In this document: positions 8,780-18,853 of the stretch, piece after piece | Layout of the letters: every line of letters starts with the position of its first letter | Position numbering within the stretch: the first letter of the stretch is position 1 | Origin: an uncultured Alphaproteobacteria bacterium | Lineage (GTDB): Bacteria > Pseudomonadota > Alphaproteobacteria > RF32 > CAG-239 | Assembly: GCA_944389095.1 (NCBI GenBank) | Contig: CALXLC010000033.1 | Span: 2,764-66,763 of the forward strand | Length of the DNA stretch: 64,000 nt | Direction of reading: 5' to 3' | Program-made: the position numbers and the translations under genes | The notes under the pieces: generated by a model | What the model was told of the DNA's origin: nothing | The model's database searches: none | The model's input: the letters and a program-made list of their open reading frames with translations, nothing else

Positions 8780-9703
8780 ATGAAAACAATCAGATTGAAT
8801 CTCCACAATTCTTTAGTGAAGAATGGTGTGAGCATTGTCAAAAGAAATCCGCGGCCGGGCAACTATCTGTTGAAAGACGGGCGGGTTTCTGAGGAAACTG
8901 TTTTTGCTCAGGAAAAAGGTGTTTTTCTGGAGGAAAGTGTTTGGGTTCCGGTGGCATCATTGGTGCCGGGAGAAAAGAAATTCAGTGCGGTGCAGGCGGT
9001 TGCGTTTTGTCTTGAACAAGGTTTGCGTCTGCCGATGCTGGGCGAGCTTTTCCCGTTGTTAGAGTATTCAAAACGCAATGTTTTTAACAATGCATTGAGT
9101 GCTATCGGCAAGTATTCCTGCAGTGTGACGAGCGATCCGTTGTCTTCCTGCTGGTATCAGGAAGTGTTGTTTGATAAGGCAGCCGGGGAACGCAGTCTGT
9201 TAGCTGTTCCGGCTTCTTTGTCAGTCAAAGAGTCTTCCGAGGCCATGGTTATCGGTAGCGGTGTCTGCGTGGTATCCGGCAGCGGGAAGGGACTGATACG
9301 CGGCTGTGACGGCAATTATTACGAGGGAAGCTGGAGCGCTTGGCCTCTTGAAAAAGGCGAGGAGGTTTTGCTGTCTCCCGGATTACGCTTTTTGTTGCTG
9401 GAGGGGCGGTATCTCTTTGCCGTTTACGGCGGGTGTCTTTCCTATATGGATGAGCATCCCCGTTATAACAAAGAGTTGGGAATTATTTTCGGTGAACATG
9501 AGATGTATCAGGTTCTCGGCAATAATCTTTGCTGGATGCAACCTTCTCGCCATTCCAGCGTTTGTGAGTTTGAACAGTGTGACGGCAAGCTGGTTATCCA
9601 TTGCAGCGATGAGTCTTATTTTGGCGGCGGCCGTAATTTCGGCGGAGAATTTACCGACGTTTATACGCGTGATGCCGACGGTTTCTATCATCGCGAGGAA
9701 TGA
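8780..9703 (+). CDS. hypothetical protein, 307 aa (N-terminal part faintly DUF1566-like)
   Basis: Long ORF. ..AFCLEQGLRLPMLGELFPLL.. resembles the RLPT-x-x-EL motif of DUF1566. The rest is unrecognised. Confidence 0.45.
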   Translation: MKTIRLNLHNSLVKNGVSIVKRNPRPGNYLLKDGRVSEETVFAQEKGVFLEESVWVPVASLVPGEKKFSAVQAVAFCLEQGLRLPMLGELFPLLEYSKRNVFNNALSAIGKYSCSVTSDPLSSCWYQEVLFDKAAGERSLLAVPASLSVKESSEAMVIGSGVCVVSGSGKGLIRGCDGNYYEGSWSAWPLEKGEEVLLSPGLRFLLLEGRYLFAVYGGCLSYMDEHPRYNKELGIIFGEHEMYQVLGNNLCWMQPSRHSSVCEFEQCDGKLVIHCSDESYFGGGRNFGGEFTDVYTRDADGFYHREE

Positions 9704-9716
9704 TTTTTATGTTTAA

Positions 9717-9749
9717 GAAAAGCCTTCGGATATATCCGAAGGCTTTTTT
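9717..9749. terminator. bidirectional intrinsic terminator
   Basis: AGCCTTCGGA-TATA-TCCGAAGGCT flanked by AAAA and TTTTT, between convergent 8780 ORF and recA. Confidence 0.8.
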
Positions 9750-9768
9750 GCAATTATGACGGTGCGGT

Positions 9769-10800
9769 TTACTCGTCGTTCGCGGCCAGATTGTCATCCC
9801 CGATGAGTTCGGTGCTGAGATGTCCTGCATCGGCTTTGATTTTATTTTCGATTTCCTGGGCGATATCGGGATGCTCTTTGAGGAAAATTTTGGCGTTTTC
9901 ACGTCCCTGGCCGAGTTTTTCTCCGTTATAGGCAAACCAGGCGCCCGATTTTTCTACAACATTGGCTTTTATGCCCAAATCCAGCAGCTCGCCGGTTTTG
10001 GAAATGCCTTCGCCGTACATAATATCAAAATCAATAACCTTGAAAGGAGGCGCAACCTTATTTTTGACGATTTTAACGCGGGTCTGGCTGCCGATGATGT
10101 CTTCTTTGTCTTTGATTTTTCCGACGCTGCGGATGTCAATGCGGACGGAAGCATAGAATTTCAGGGCATTACCACCGGTAGTGGTTTCGGGATTGCCAAA
10201 CATGACGCCGATTTTCATACGGATCTGGTTGATGAAAATAATCAGCGTGTTGGAGCGGGCAACCGTCGAGGTAAGTTTGCGGAGGGCCTGGCTCATTAAG
10301 CGCGCCTGCAATCCCATATGGGAATCGCCCATTTCGCCTTCCAGTTCAGCTTTGGGAACCAGCGCGGCAACCGAATCGACGACCAAAACATCAATGGCTC
10401 CGGAACGAACCAGGGTATCAGTGATTTCCAATGCCTGTTCGCCGGCATCCGGCTGAGATATCAGCAGGTTTTCAATATCAACGCCAATCTTTTTGGCATA
10501 AGAGGGATCCAAGGCATGTTCGGCATCGATGAAAGCGCAGGTTCCGCCTTTTTTCTGAGCCTGAGCAATGACGCTCAGCGCCAGAGTGGTTTTACCGGAA
10601 CTTTCCGGGCCGTAAATTTCGACAATGCGGCCGCGGGGCATGCCGCCGATACCGAGCGCCAAATCCAAGCCGAGAGAACCGGTAGAAATGGCTTCGATGT
10701 CAACATGGGCGTTATCTTGTCCGAGCCTCATGATGGAGCCTTTGCCAAAAGCTTTTTCTATTTGGCTGAGGGCGGCGTCTAATGCTTTATCCTTATCCAT
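9769..10800 (-). CDS. recA: recombinase RecA
   Basis: Full-length match by eye to RecA (..[19 protein letters not shown].., ..[33 protein letters not shown]..). Confidence 0.98.
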   Translation of the reverse strand: MDKDKALDAALSQIEKAFGKGSIMRLGQDNAHVDIEAISTGSLGLDLALGIGGMPRGRIVEIYGPESSGKTTLALSVIAQAQKKGGTCAFIDAEHALDPSYAKKIGVDIENLLISQPDAGEQALEITDTLVRSGAIDVLVVDSVAALVPKAELEGEMGDSHMGLQARLMSQALRKLTSTVARSNTLIIFINQIRMKIGVMFGNPETTTGGNALKFYASVRIDIRSVGKIKDKEDIIGSQTRVKIVKNKVAPPFKVIDFDIMYGEGISKTGELLDLGIKANVVEKSGAWFAYNGEKLGQGRENAKIFLKEHPDIAQEIENKIKADAGHLSTELIGDDNLAANDE

Positions 10801-10850
10801 AATTTTGCTTCCTAATTTTGGTTAATCCGAATCGTTGTTTATAATATGTT

Positions 10851-11807
10851 CTATTTTTGTTCTTTTGGCAAGAACTTTTTGCCGTGAAATCTGTTTTTGT
10901 TTTTCCGACGGCGATAATCATTTGAATTTTCAAAATTTTCTGGAATACCGTGATGTTCGCGGAATTCTCCGACGGCCGCAGTGACGACGGCGCCGAAGAT
11001 GACCGTTACCCAGCAGCAGTATATCCATATCAGCAGGACGGGCAGGGTGGCCATGGCGCCGTAAAGGGTTTTATAGGTGGTACCGGCGGAGATGACCAGA
11101 CCGAAAAATTTGCGCAAAATCAGAAAAATTCCCATAGCGATGACGGCTCCGACAAGAGCGTCGGCAAAGCGTACTTTTTTGTTGGGCACCAGCACATACA
11201 GAAGCATTAACGCCAAAACCGTGAACAGGGTCGGAATTAAGAAGCTGAGATAAAACTGGGAGCTGATGATGGCTTCCGGCATAAATTTCTGGAGCGTGTA
11301 AACATAGCCGCGGAGAGACAGGCCGCTTCCCAAGAGCAGCGGTCCAAGGGTGATGACCGTCCAGTACAGCGTGATTTTGGTTTTGATGTTGCGGGGTTTG
11401 TATACTTTAAAGATAAAGTTGAGGCTGTTTTCGATGGTTGACAGCATTAAGATAGCGGTTACGGCAATGCCGATGACGCCCATAGCCGTCAGTTTGGCGG
11501 TTGCATTGATGAAATCGGCAAAATATTGGCGGACTTCCTGTTCGGTATTGGGGACGAAGTTTTGCAGGATAATTTCCTGAAACTGTTCTTTGACGTTTTC
11601 GAAAACGGGAAAGGCCGAAAAAATGGCCAGACTGATGGCAATCAGCGGGACAATCGCAATCAGGGAGGTGTAGCTTAACGAGGCAGCTACCCGAAAAATC
11701 GTGTCATTTTGAACGCGGCGAAACAAAAATACGGAAAAAAGCCTCAGACTTGCCCCGAAGGAACGAGCCTTCTCTCCGATGTCGGAAGATAACTTATGCA
11801 GATACAT
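10851..11807 (-). CDS. YihY/BrkB family membrane protein
   Basis: ..RVAASLSYTSLIAIVPLIAISLAIFSAFP.. plus multiple TM helices, typical of the YihY/virulence factor BrkB family. Confidence 0.8.
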   Translation of the reverse strand: MYLHKLSSDIGEKARSFGASLRLFSVFLFRRVQNDTIFRVAASLSYTSLIAIVPLIAISLAIFSAFPVFENVKEQFQEIILQNFVPNTEQEVRQYFADFINATAKLTAMGVIGIAVTAILMLSTIENSLNFIFKVYKPRNIKTKITLYWTVITLGPLLLGSGLSLRGYVYTLQKFMPEAIISSQFYLSFLIPTLFTVLALMLLYVLVPNKKVRFADALVGAVIAMGIFLILRKFFGLVISAGTTYKTLYGAMATLPVLLIWIYCCWVTVIFGAVVTAAVGEFREHHGIPENFENSNDYRRRKNKNRFHGKKFLPKEQK

Positions 11808-11914
11808 ACCAGACCCTTAAAAAAAATATTTACAAATTACGTTAAATTTTATAGAAGTCTAGCATAGAATTCAAGTTCTATTCATTTTATAAACAATGTA
11901 TGAGGAAACGAACG

Positions 11915-12742
11915 ATGACTGAAACAACGGCTTTGATGGCTGGAAAAAAAGGTTTGATTATGGGCCTGGCCAATGACAAATCCATTGCCTGGGGAATTGC
12001 GCAGGCATTGAATGCGCAAGGTGCGCAACTGGCAATTTCTTATCAGAACGAGGCTTTGGAAAAGCGTGTTCAGCCGCTGGCGGCCCAGCTTGACAAAGAA
12101 CCCCTGCTGATTAAATGCGATGTTTCGGACTCGGCCAGCGTTGAGGCCTGTTTTAAAGAATTGGGCGACAAGTGGGGCAAAATTGACTTTTTGGTTCATG
12201 CCATTGCTTTTTCTGACAAAAATCAGCTGAAAGGCCGCACCATCGACACAACCCGCGATAATTTCAGAATGACGATGGATATTTCCTGCTTTTCTTTTCT
12301 TGAAGCCTGCAAATATGCTTCTCCGATTATGAACGAGGGCGGCGCGATTGTAACCCTGACTTATATGGGCAGTGAGCGCGTTTTGCCGAATTATAACATT
12401 ATGGGCGTGGCCAAAGCGGCTTTGGAGGCTTCGGTTCGGTATGCCGCCAATGATATGGGCGCTCAGGGTGTCCGCGTCAATGCCGTTTCCGCCGGTCCGA
12501 TTAAGACGCTGGCTGCTTCCGGAATCGGTGATTTTCGTAAAATTCTGCACTGGAATGAATTGAACGCGCCGTTGCGCCGAAATGTGACTCAGGAAGAAGT
12601 CGGCATGGCCGTCATGGCGTTGCTGTCTCCTTGCGGCAGCGGAATTTCCGGCGAAGTTATCCATGTTGACTGCGGTTATCATACCGTCGGTATGCTGGCT
12701 TTGGATAATGCCAAAGAAACGGCTGCTTTGCTGATGGAATAA
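11915..12742 (+). CDS. fabI: enoyl-[acyl-carrier-protein] reductase (NADH) FabI
   Basis: ..GKKGLIMGLANDKSIAWGIAQAL.. and the SDR-type Y/K region (..YMGSERVLPNYNIMGVAKAALE..). I prefer ATG 11915, behind GAGGA, over ATG 11900. Confidence 0.93.
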   Translation: MTETTALMAGKKGLIMGLANDKSIAWGIAQALNAQGAQLAISYQNEALEKRVQPLAAQLDKEPLLIKCDVSDSASVEACFKELGDKWGKIDFLVHAIAFSDKNQLKGRTIDTTRDNFRMTMDISCFSFLEACKYASPIMNEGGAIVTLTYMGSERVLPNYNIMGVAKAALEASVRYAANDMGAQGVRVNAVSAGPIKTLAASGIGDFRKILHWNELNAPLRRNVTQEEVGMAVMALLSPCGSGISGEVIHVDCGYHTVGMLALDNAKETAALLME

Positions 12743-12796
12743 TTTAGCATTGTAAAAAGATGATTTAGCTGTTGAGTAAAAGCTCAAAAGGGTTAG

Positions 12797-12832
12797 AATG
12801 AGGGGCATTGTTGAAAGCCCCTCATTTTTTTT
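12797..12832 (+). terminator. intrinsic terminator after fabI
   Basis: AATGAGGGGC-(10 nt)-GCCCCTCATT followed by TTTTTT. Confidence 0.75.
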
Positions 12833-12843
12833 GGATATATGAG

Positions 12844-14646
12844 ATGTCAGAAAATGTTTCCGCTCTGGATCAAAAAAGCAAGTATTTTTTCGGCAAGATT
12901 TTAGTCCGCTCTCTGATTTATGCTTTTGCGCTTTTCGGTGTGTTGTTGATTTTGCTGCTTCTGGCGCTTATCGGCTTAATCGGACAAGATACTTCGGTTG
13001 TCGCCGATGTGCCGTCAAAAGCCGTGTTGACGGTTAATTTCGACGATGTTTATGACGAAAGCAGCCGGAGTGATTTATTCAGCGAATTCAGCGGCGGTGC
13101 CGGCATGTCTTTTCATGATTTGGTGACGGTTTTGGAAACGGCGGCCGTCGATCCCAGAGTTCAGGCACTGGCCGGCAGGGTGCATATCAGCGGTCTGGGA
13201 ATGGCGCAGCTGGAAGAGTTGCGGACCGCCGTTGCCGCTTTTCGTTCCAGAGGAAAACCGGCATATATTTTTGCACCGGGGTTCGGCAGTTTCGGCGGCG
13301 GCACGGGAGAGTATTATCTGGCAACCGCTTTTGACGAGATTACCATGCTGCCGAACAGCGATTTGGGTGCCACCGGTGTTTATGCCGAAATTCCGTTTTT
13401 TAAAAACATTTTGGACAAGGTCGGCGCCAAGGCGGAGTTCTTTACGCGCTATGAGTATAAAAATGCCATGGTTTCTCTGACGGACGGTACGGCTCCGGCG
13501 CCCTTAACGCGTTCTGTCCGCGGTTTGACGGAAAATTTGAATCAGGTGTTCGGTGACAGCATGGTTGCGGCGAGGTATCCGGACGGCGACGGGCTCAGTG
13601 CCGCGGAAATCAGAAGGCTGTCGCCGATGTCTGCCAAAACGGCCAAAGACAAGGGGCTGATTGACAATATCGGTTTTGAAGGTGACTGGCTGGCGGCAAT
13701 CAAAGAACGCCACAATGCCGAAACGGCCGATGCCGGAACTTATCTGCGAAACATTCGTTTTTATCAAAAAGCACCGTATGTCGCTTTGGTGGTTGTAGAC
13801 GGTTTAATTTCCGACGGGTATAGTTTTACCAGTCCGACAGGAGAGGCTGTCGTCGGTGTGCAGAGCGTGCTGGCGCAGATTGACGAGCTGCGGGAAAATA
13901 ATGATTTGAAAGCGGTGGTGCTGCGGTTGAACTCTCCGGGAGGAAGTTATGCAGCTTCCAGCGAGATTCTGCATGCTCTGAACCGTCTGAAGGCGGACAA
14001 AAAAATCCCGCTGATTGTTTCCATGGGCAATTATGCGGCGTCCGGCGGTTATTTTATTGCTTTGGCCGGAGATAAGATTTTTGCGGATGCCGCGACGCTT
14101 ACCGGTTCTATCGGTGTGTTGGGCGGAAAGGTTTCCATTGCCGGACTGTGGCAAAAGCTGGGGGTCAACTGGCTGGTTGCCGGTGCGGCGGAAAATGCCG
14201 GCGTCAATAGTGTCAATCGCCCGTTCACAAAAGAACAAAAAGAACTCATAAACAAATCATTAGATGCTATCTATGAAGATTTTACTTTAAAAGTTTCGCA
14301 AGCCCGGAACATTGATTTGAAAAAGCTTGATAAGCTGGCGCGGGGCAGGGTGATGACCGGCAAAACGGCCGTTGAAACCGGTCTCGCCGATGAAATCGGC
14401 GGCGTTTCTGCCGCTTTGACCTATGCTTTGCAGGCTGCCGGGATTAATCCGGGCGACAAATACGGTCTTCTGGTTTATCCGCGTCCCAAGACGCTGCAGG
14501 AGAAACTCAGCGAGATGCTCTCCGGCGTGCCGGTTGTTCGTTCTCAGCAGATAAAAGCTCAATTAGGGCTTGATATTAGTGCGCTTAATATGCTAAAAAG
14601 GCTGCAATATGACGCGGTTATGCTGCCGCTGGCGTTCAAATATTAA
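12844..14646 (+). CDS. sppA: signal peptide peptidase SppA (67K type, two S49 domains)
   Basis: N-terminal TM helix and two S49 repeats (..NSPGGSYAASSEI.., ..GNYAASGGYFIAL..). The track start 12808 lies inside the fabI terminator hairpin, so I prefer ATG 12844. Confidence 0.88.
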   Translation: MSENVSALDQKSKYFFGKILVRSLIYAFALFGVLLILLLLALIGLIGQDTSVVADVPSKAVLTVNFDDVYDESSRSDLFSEFSGGAGMSFHDLVTVLETAAVDPRVQALAGRVHISGLGMAQLEELRTAVAAFRSRGKPAYIFAPGFGSFGGGTGEYYLATAFDEITMLPNSDLGATGVYAEIPFFKNILDKVGAKAEFFTRYEYKNAMVSLTDGTAPAPLTRSVRGLTENLNQVFGDSMVAARYPDGDGLSAAEIRRLSPMSAKTAKDKGLIDNIGFEGDWLAAIKERHNAETADAGTYLRNIRFYQKAPYVALVVVDGLISDGYSFTSPTGEAVVGVQSVLAQIDELRENNDLKAVVLRLNSPGGSYAASSEILHALNRLKADKKIPLIVSMGNYAASGGYFIALAGDKIFADAATLTGSIGVLGGKVSIAGLWQKLGVNWLVAGAAENAGVNSVNRPFTKEQKELINKSLDAIYEDFTLKVSQARNIDLKKLDKLARGRVMTGKTAVETGLADEIGGVSAALTYALQAAGINPGDKYGLLVYPRPKTLQEKLSEMLSGVPVVRSQQIKAQLGLDISALNMLKRLQYDAVMLPLAFKY

Positions 14647-14658
14647 AAGGAAAAAGAA

Positions 14659-14946
14659 ATGGCTATAGATAAAGAAACCGTCAGAAGAATTGCCTTTTTG
14701 TCACGACTTCGGGTGGAAGACGATAAGATAGAGGCTGTCGAAAATGAATTTAACAAAATCCTTAACTGGGTCGAGCAGTTGAAAGAGGTTGACACCGAAA
14801 GTGTCGAACCGCTGATTTCGGTGAACGAAAATCATCTTATCCTGCGAAAAGACGAGGTGACCGAAGGCAATCAGGCAGAGGCGGTTTTGGCTAATGCGCC
14901 GATGAAAGAATACGGTTATTTTGCCGTGCCGAAGGTTGTGGAATAG
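14659..14946 (+). CDS. gatC: Asp/Glu-tRNA(Asn/Gln) amidotransferase subunit C
   Basis: 95-aa GatC-like sequence, first gene of a gatC-gatA-gatB run. Confidence 0.93.
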   Translation: MAIDKETVRRIAFLSRLRVEDDKIEAVENEFNKILNWVEQLKEVDTESVEPLISVNENHLILRKDEVTEGNQAEAVLANAPMKEYGYFAVPKVVE

Positions 14947-15005
14947 ACGGCGGAATATTTTCCGGTGATGAGTGAAATAATTTGAATTGATAAGAAGAAA
15001 GAAAA

Positions 15006-16463
15006 ATGGCTGATTTAACAAAACTGACAATCTCTGAAGCCCGAAACGGCTTAAAAAATAAGGAGTTTACCACCGTCGAACTGACGGAGGCTTATTTGAA
15101 AAAGATGGACGAGTGCCGCAAGCTCAACGCTTTTGTCTGTGAGGCGCCGGAAAAAGCCCTGGAGCAGGCCAGAGCCAGTCAGGAAAAATATAATCATAAT
15201 TCTGCCGGCGACTTGGAAGGGATTCCTCTTGGCATTAAAGATTTGTTCTGTACCAAGGGAATGGCCACCACCGCGTGTTCCAACATTTTAAAAGGTTTTG
15301 TGCCGCCTTATGAATCGACGGTTACTTCAAAGCTGCTTGAGGCCGGGGCTGTCTTTTTGGGCAAGTTGAATTTGGACGAGTTTGCCATGGGCGGCAGTAA
15401 CGAGACTTCCGCTTTCGGCCCCGTGGTTAATCCGTGGAGCAAAGATGTTCCTCTGGTTGCCGGCGGCTCGTCCGGCGGGTCTGCCGCTGCCGTGGCTGCT
15501 GATATGTGCGCGGCGGCTACCGGAACGGATACCGGCGGGTCAATTCGCCAGCCGTCGGCTTATTGCGGTGTTACCGGCATGAAACCGACTTACGGACGCT
15601 GCTCTCGTTACGGAATTATCGCCTTTGCGTCTTCGCTGGATCAGGCCGGGCCGATTGCCAAAGATGTTCGTGACTGTGCGATTATGCTTAAAACCATGGC
15701 CGGTTATGATGCCAAAGATTCAACTTCCGCCAGAGAAAATGTTCCTGATTTCGAGAGTTTTTTGGGACAGGATATTAAAGGGATGAAAGTCGGTATTCCG
15801 GCCGAATATCGTGTCGATGCGCTGGACGAAGAGGTTGCGGCTTATTGGCGTAAGGCTTCGGAAATGCTTAAATCACGCGGTGCAGAGATTGTTGATATTT
15901 CTTTGCCGCATACCAAATATGCCCTGGCGACCTATTATATTGTCGCTCCGGCGGAAGCGTCTTCAAATCTGGCGCGCTATGACGGTCTGCGTTACGGCAA
16001 CCGGGTTGACGGTGCTCATCTTGACGATATGTATATCAATTCGCGGACGGCCGGTTTCGGCCGGGAAGTCAAACGACGGATTATGATGGGGACGTATGTC
16101 TTGTCTGCCGGCTATTACGACGCTTATTACCTTAAAGCGCAGAAGGTTCGCCGTCTGATTCGCGATGATTTTGTCAAGGCTTTTGAAAAATGTGATTTGA
16201 TTTTGACGCCGACGGCGCCGACGGCCGCTTTCCCGATAGGCGACAAATCCATGCAGGATAATCCGATTTTAATGTGGCTGAACGACATCTTTACCGTGGC
16301 GGTTTCTTTGGCCGGACTGCCGGCAATGAGTCTGCCGGTCGGACTGTCTTCTCAAGGACTGCCGCTCGGCATGCAGCTCATCGGCCGGGCGTTTGACGAG
16401 GCCAGCATTTTCAAAGCGGCCGCCGGATTGGAACAAGATATTGCTTTTAGAGGGATAAAATAA
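15006..16463 (+). CDS. gatA: Asp/Glu-tRNA(Asn/Gln) amidotransferase subunit A
   Basis: Amidase signature (..[13 protein letters not shown].., ..[12 protein letters not shown]..). 485 aa. Confidence 0.97.
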   Translation: MADLTKLTISEARNGLKNKEFTTVELTEAYLKKMDECRKLNAFVCEAPEKALEQARASQEKYNHNSAGDLEGIPLGIKDLFCTKGMATTACSNILKGFVPPYESTVTSKLLEAGAVFLGKLNLDEFAMGGSNETSAFGPVVNPWSKDVPLVAGGSSGGSAAAVAADMCAAATGTDTGGSIRQPSAYCGVTGMKPTYGRCSRYGIIAFASSLDQAGPIAKDVRDCAIMLKTMAGYDAKDSTSARENVPDFESFLGQDIKGMKVGIPAEYRVDALDEEVAAYWRKASEMLKSRGAEIVDISLPHTKYALATYYIVAPAEASSNLARYDGLRYGNRVDGAHLDDMYINSRTAGFGREVKRRIMMGTYVLSAGYYDAYYLKAQKVRRLIRDDFVKAFEKCDLILTPTAPTAAFPIGDKSMQDNPILMWLNDIFTVAVSLAGLPAMSLPVGLSSQGLPLGMQLIGRAFDEASIFKAAAGLEQDIAFRGIK

Positions 16464-16464
16464 G

Positions 16465-17922
16465 ATGACAGGGATGATTATTGAAGGTAAAACCGCAAAG
16501 TGGGAAATTGTCTGCGGGCTGGAGATCCATTGTCAGATTATTTCCAAATCAAAGATGTTTTCCGGTGCGTCGACGCATTACGGTTCGGATGCCAACGAAA
16601 ATGTCTCGTTTATTGACGCCGGAATGCCCGGTATGCTGCCGACTCTTAATGAGCAATGCGTGCGCCAGGCGATTAAGACCGGTTTGGGGCTGAATGCCAA
16701 AATCAACAAATATTCGGAGTTCGCCCGCAAAAACTATTTTTATGCCGATTTGCCGCAGGGATACCAGATTTCGCAATTTAAGTATCCGATTGTCGGCGAG
16801 GGTTTTGTTAAAATTGATTTGGAGGACGGAAGCAGCAAAAATATCGGAATTGAACGCCTTCATATTGAGCAGGATGCGGGCAAGTCCATTCATGATATTT
16901 CGCCGACCAAGAGCTTTATTGATTTAAACCGGGCCGGGGTCGGACTGATGGAAATTGTTACCAAGCCCGATTTCCGCTCGCCCGAAGAGGCCGGTGCCTT
17001 TCTGCGCGAACTGCGTTCAATTGTCCGTTATCTGGGAACCTGCGACGGTAATATGGATGAGGGGTCCATGCGCTGTGATGTCAATGTGTCCGTCCGCAAA
17101 GTGGGCGAAGAGGGTTTTCGGACCCGCAACGAGATGAAAAACGTCAACTCGGTCAAATTTGTGATGCAGGCTATTGAATCCGAAGCCCGCCGTCATGTCG
17201 AAACTTATGAAAACGGCGGTACGATTGAGCAGGAAACCCGTCAGTTTGATCCGGCAACCGGCAAGACCAAAGTCATGCGCAAAAAAGAATTTGCCCATGA
17301 TTATCGCTATTTTCCGGAGCCCGATTTGCTGCCTCTGGTGCTTGATGACGCGATGATAGAGGAAATCAAAGCCGAAATGGTGGAACTTCCCGATGCCAAA
17401 AAAGCCCGCTTTGTTCATGATTTGGGGTTGACTCCCTATGATGCCTCTGTTCTTTGCGAATCCAGAGAAACCGCCGAGTGGTTTGAAAAAGCCGCGTATG
17501 GTCATGATGCCAAAAAAGTGGCCAATTGGATGATGGGTGATTTTTTTGCCATGCTTAACGAAAAGAAAATTACGCTGGAGGAAAGTCCGATTTCTCCCGA
17601 AAATCTCGGAAAGCTGGTTGATTTGATTACCTCAAACGTCATTAACGGCAAAACCGCCAAAGATGTTTTTGAAATTATGGCGGAGACAGGAGACTCTCCC
17701 GATAAAATCGTGGAAGAACGCGGTTTGAAACAGGTGACCGATACCGCTGCCATTGAAGCGGTTATTGATGAGGTTATTGCCGCTAATCCTGATAATGTGG
17801 CCGCTTACAGAGGCGGAAAAGTCGCTTTGATGGGGTGGTTTGTCGGACAGGTGATGAAGGCTTCTAAAGGAAAAGCTAATCCGGGAATGGTGAATGAACT
17901 TCTGAAAAAGAAGCTTTCCTAA
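16465..17922 (+). CDS. gatB: Asp/Glu-tRNA(Asn/Gln) amidotransferase subunit B
   Basis: GatB-like over its full length (..[12 protein letters not shown].., ..RCDVNVSVR.., C-terminal GatB/YqeY domain). The start is 1 nt after the gatA stop. Confidence 0.97.
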   Translation: MTGMIIEGKTAKWEIVCGLEIHCQIISKSKMFSGASTHYGSDANENVSFIDAGMPGMLPTLNEQCVRQAIKTGLGLNAKINKYSEFARKNYFYADLPQGYQISQFKYPIVGEGFVKIDLEDGSSKNIGIERLHIEQDAGKSIHDISPTKSFIDLNRAGVGLMEIVTKPDFRSPEEAGAFLRELRSIVRYLGTCDGNMDEGSMRCDVNVSVRKVGEEGFRTRNEMKNVNSVKFVMQAIESEARRHVETYENGGTIEQETRQFDPATGKTKVMRKKEFAHDYRYFPEPDLLPLVLDDAMIEEIKAEMVELPDAKKARFVHDLGLTPYDASVLCESRETAEWFEKAAYGHDAKKVANWMMGDFFAMLNEKKITLEESPISPENLGKLVDLITSNVINGKTAKDVFEIMAETGDSPDKIVEERGLKQVTDTAAIEAVIDEVIAANPDNVAAYRGGKVALMGWFVGQVMKASKGKANPGMVNELLKKKLS

Positions 17923-17930
17923 CCGCACGC

Positions 17931-18160
17931 GCGGCGTGGGCGAAGACTGGCTGCCTAAATAATCTTTAAGTAGGCGCGCGGTGGCAGCGCCACTGGCACG
18001 CACGGCGTGAGCGAAGACTGGCTGCCTAAATAATCTTTAGGTGGGCGCGCGGTGGCAGCGCCACTGGCAATATCTAAGCGGCTGTGGAGAGGCTTCCACT
18101 TTTCTGGTGGCAGCGCCACTGGCATAACTTAAGCGGAGGTGGAAAATATTCCACTTTTCT
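17931..18160. repeat. intergenic structured repeat array (two ~71-bp tandem units, a 19-mer present three times, two hairpin+TTTTCT units)
   Basis: Unit A is at 17931-17998 and 18002-18069 with few mismatches. GGTGGCAGCGCCACTGGCA occurs at 17980, 18051 and 18106 and contains the GTGGC-AGC-GCCAC hairpin. TAAGCGG..GTGGA..TTCCACTTTTCT units lie at 18074-18105 and 18128-18160. Confidence 0.85.
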
Positions 18161-18265
18161 ACGGCTATAGTATAGGTTGAGGGTTAAATAAAGGTTCAAA
18201 TTGTTTTGGGTTTGGGCCTTTTATTTTTTTGTTGCAAAATCGCCTTGATTTATTATCATAATTTC

Positions 18266-18433
18266 GTCGTCCGGTGAGCGGACGGCGGAGTGTAGCAGCT
18301 CCTTACAGTAAAATAACAACTCCTCTTTCGGGGAGCTGCCGATATAAGCGTATTCATATGTCGAATAAGGCAGACTGTCACTGTAACAGTTGCTAACTCC
18401 CCGCCTTGACGTTGCTTAAGGCGGTTTTGTTTT
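18266..18433 (+). ncRNA. candidate structured small RNA or 5' leader with intrinsic terminator (unclassified)
   Basis: TTGCAA (18232)-16 nt-TATCAT promoter. Hairpins at 18266-18286 and GCAGCTCC(18295)/GGAGCTGC(18332), with a competing CTCC/GGAG pairing. Terminator CCGCCTT-(10 nt)-AAGGCGG + TTTTGTTTT at 18401-18433. No class recognised. Confidence 0.3.
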
Positions 18434-18459
18434 AATCAAAACAAATATGGAGTTACCAA

Positions 18460-18816
18460 ATGTCAAATAAAGACGAAATCAAAGACAAAATATATCTCAA
18501 TCTCGGCCGGCAGCTGCAAACGGCGCGGATATCGCGGGGCGTAACCCTGCAGGAAGGCGCGGCACTAATCAAAGTCTTGCCCTCAAAATTGCCGCTTTTG
18601 GAAGCCGGAGACAGACCCCGGCTCAGCAGGCTTCACATGGGTGAGTGGATAGTCATGATGTTGCGGTACGGCAAAATACCGACTTTTGGCTGGGAGGAGC
18701 CGATGCCGTGGGAGGTTGACGCTCATGTGAACAAATACTCTACGGAAACGTTGCGTCGTATTTGCGATTATCGTGAAACTCATCAGCAAAATATTATCCC
18801 GGGCAAACAGGGATAA
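18460..18816 (+). CDS. hypothetical protein, 118 aa, possible degenerate XRE-like HTH at the N-terminus
   Basis: ATG behind GGAG. ..LGRQLQTARISRGVTLQEGAALIKV.. loosely resembles an HTH_XRE helix-turn-helix. Confidence 0.4.
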   Translation: MSNKDEIKDKIYLNLGRQLQTARISRGVTLQEGAALIKVLPSKLPLLEAGDRPRLSRLHMGEWIVMMLRYGKIPTFGWEEPMPWEVDAHVNKYSTETLRRICDYRETHQQNIIPGKQG

Positions 18817-18825
18817 TTAAAAACA

Positions 18826-18853
18826 AAGGCCGGGAAAACTCCCGGCCTTATGT
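18826..18853. terminator. bidirectional terminator hairpin
   Basis: AAGGCCGGG-AAAACT-CCCGGCCTT between convergent genes. Confidence 0.7.

Noticed and set aside
9306-9716. Alternative-frame 136-aa hydrophobic ORF inside gene 8780..9703.
   Set aside because: It is wholly nested in a longer ORF and has no RBS. Its composition reflects the out-of-frame reading.
12808-12843. Track start of sppA (TTG 12808).
   Set aside because: These codons coincide with the fabI terminator hairpin and T-run. ATG 12844 is more plausible.
17931-18160. Possible CRISPR array or tRNA/ncRNA gene in the gatB downstream repeats.
   Set aside because: There are only 2-3 copies, with irregular spacing and composite units. 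No cloverleaf can be drawn. It is reported instead as a REP-like repeat array.
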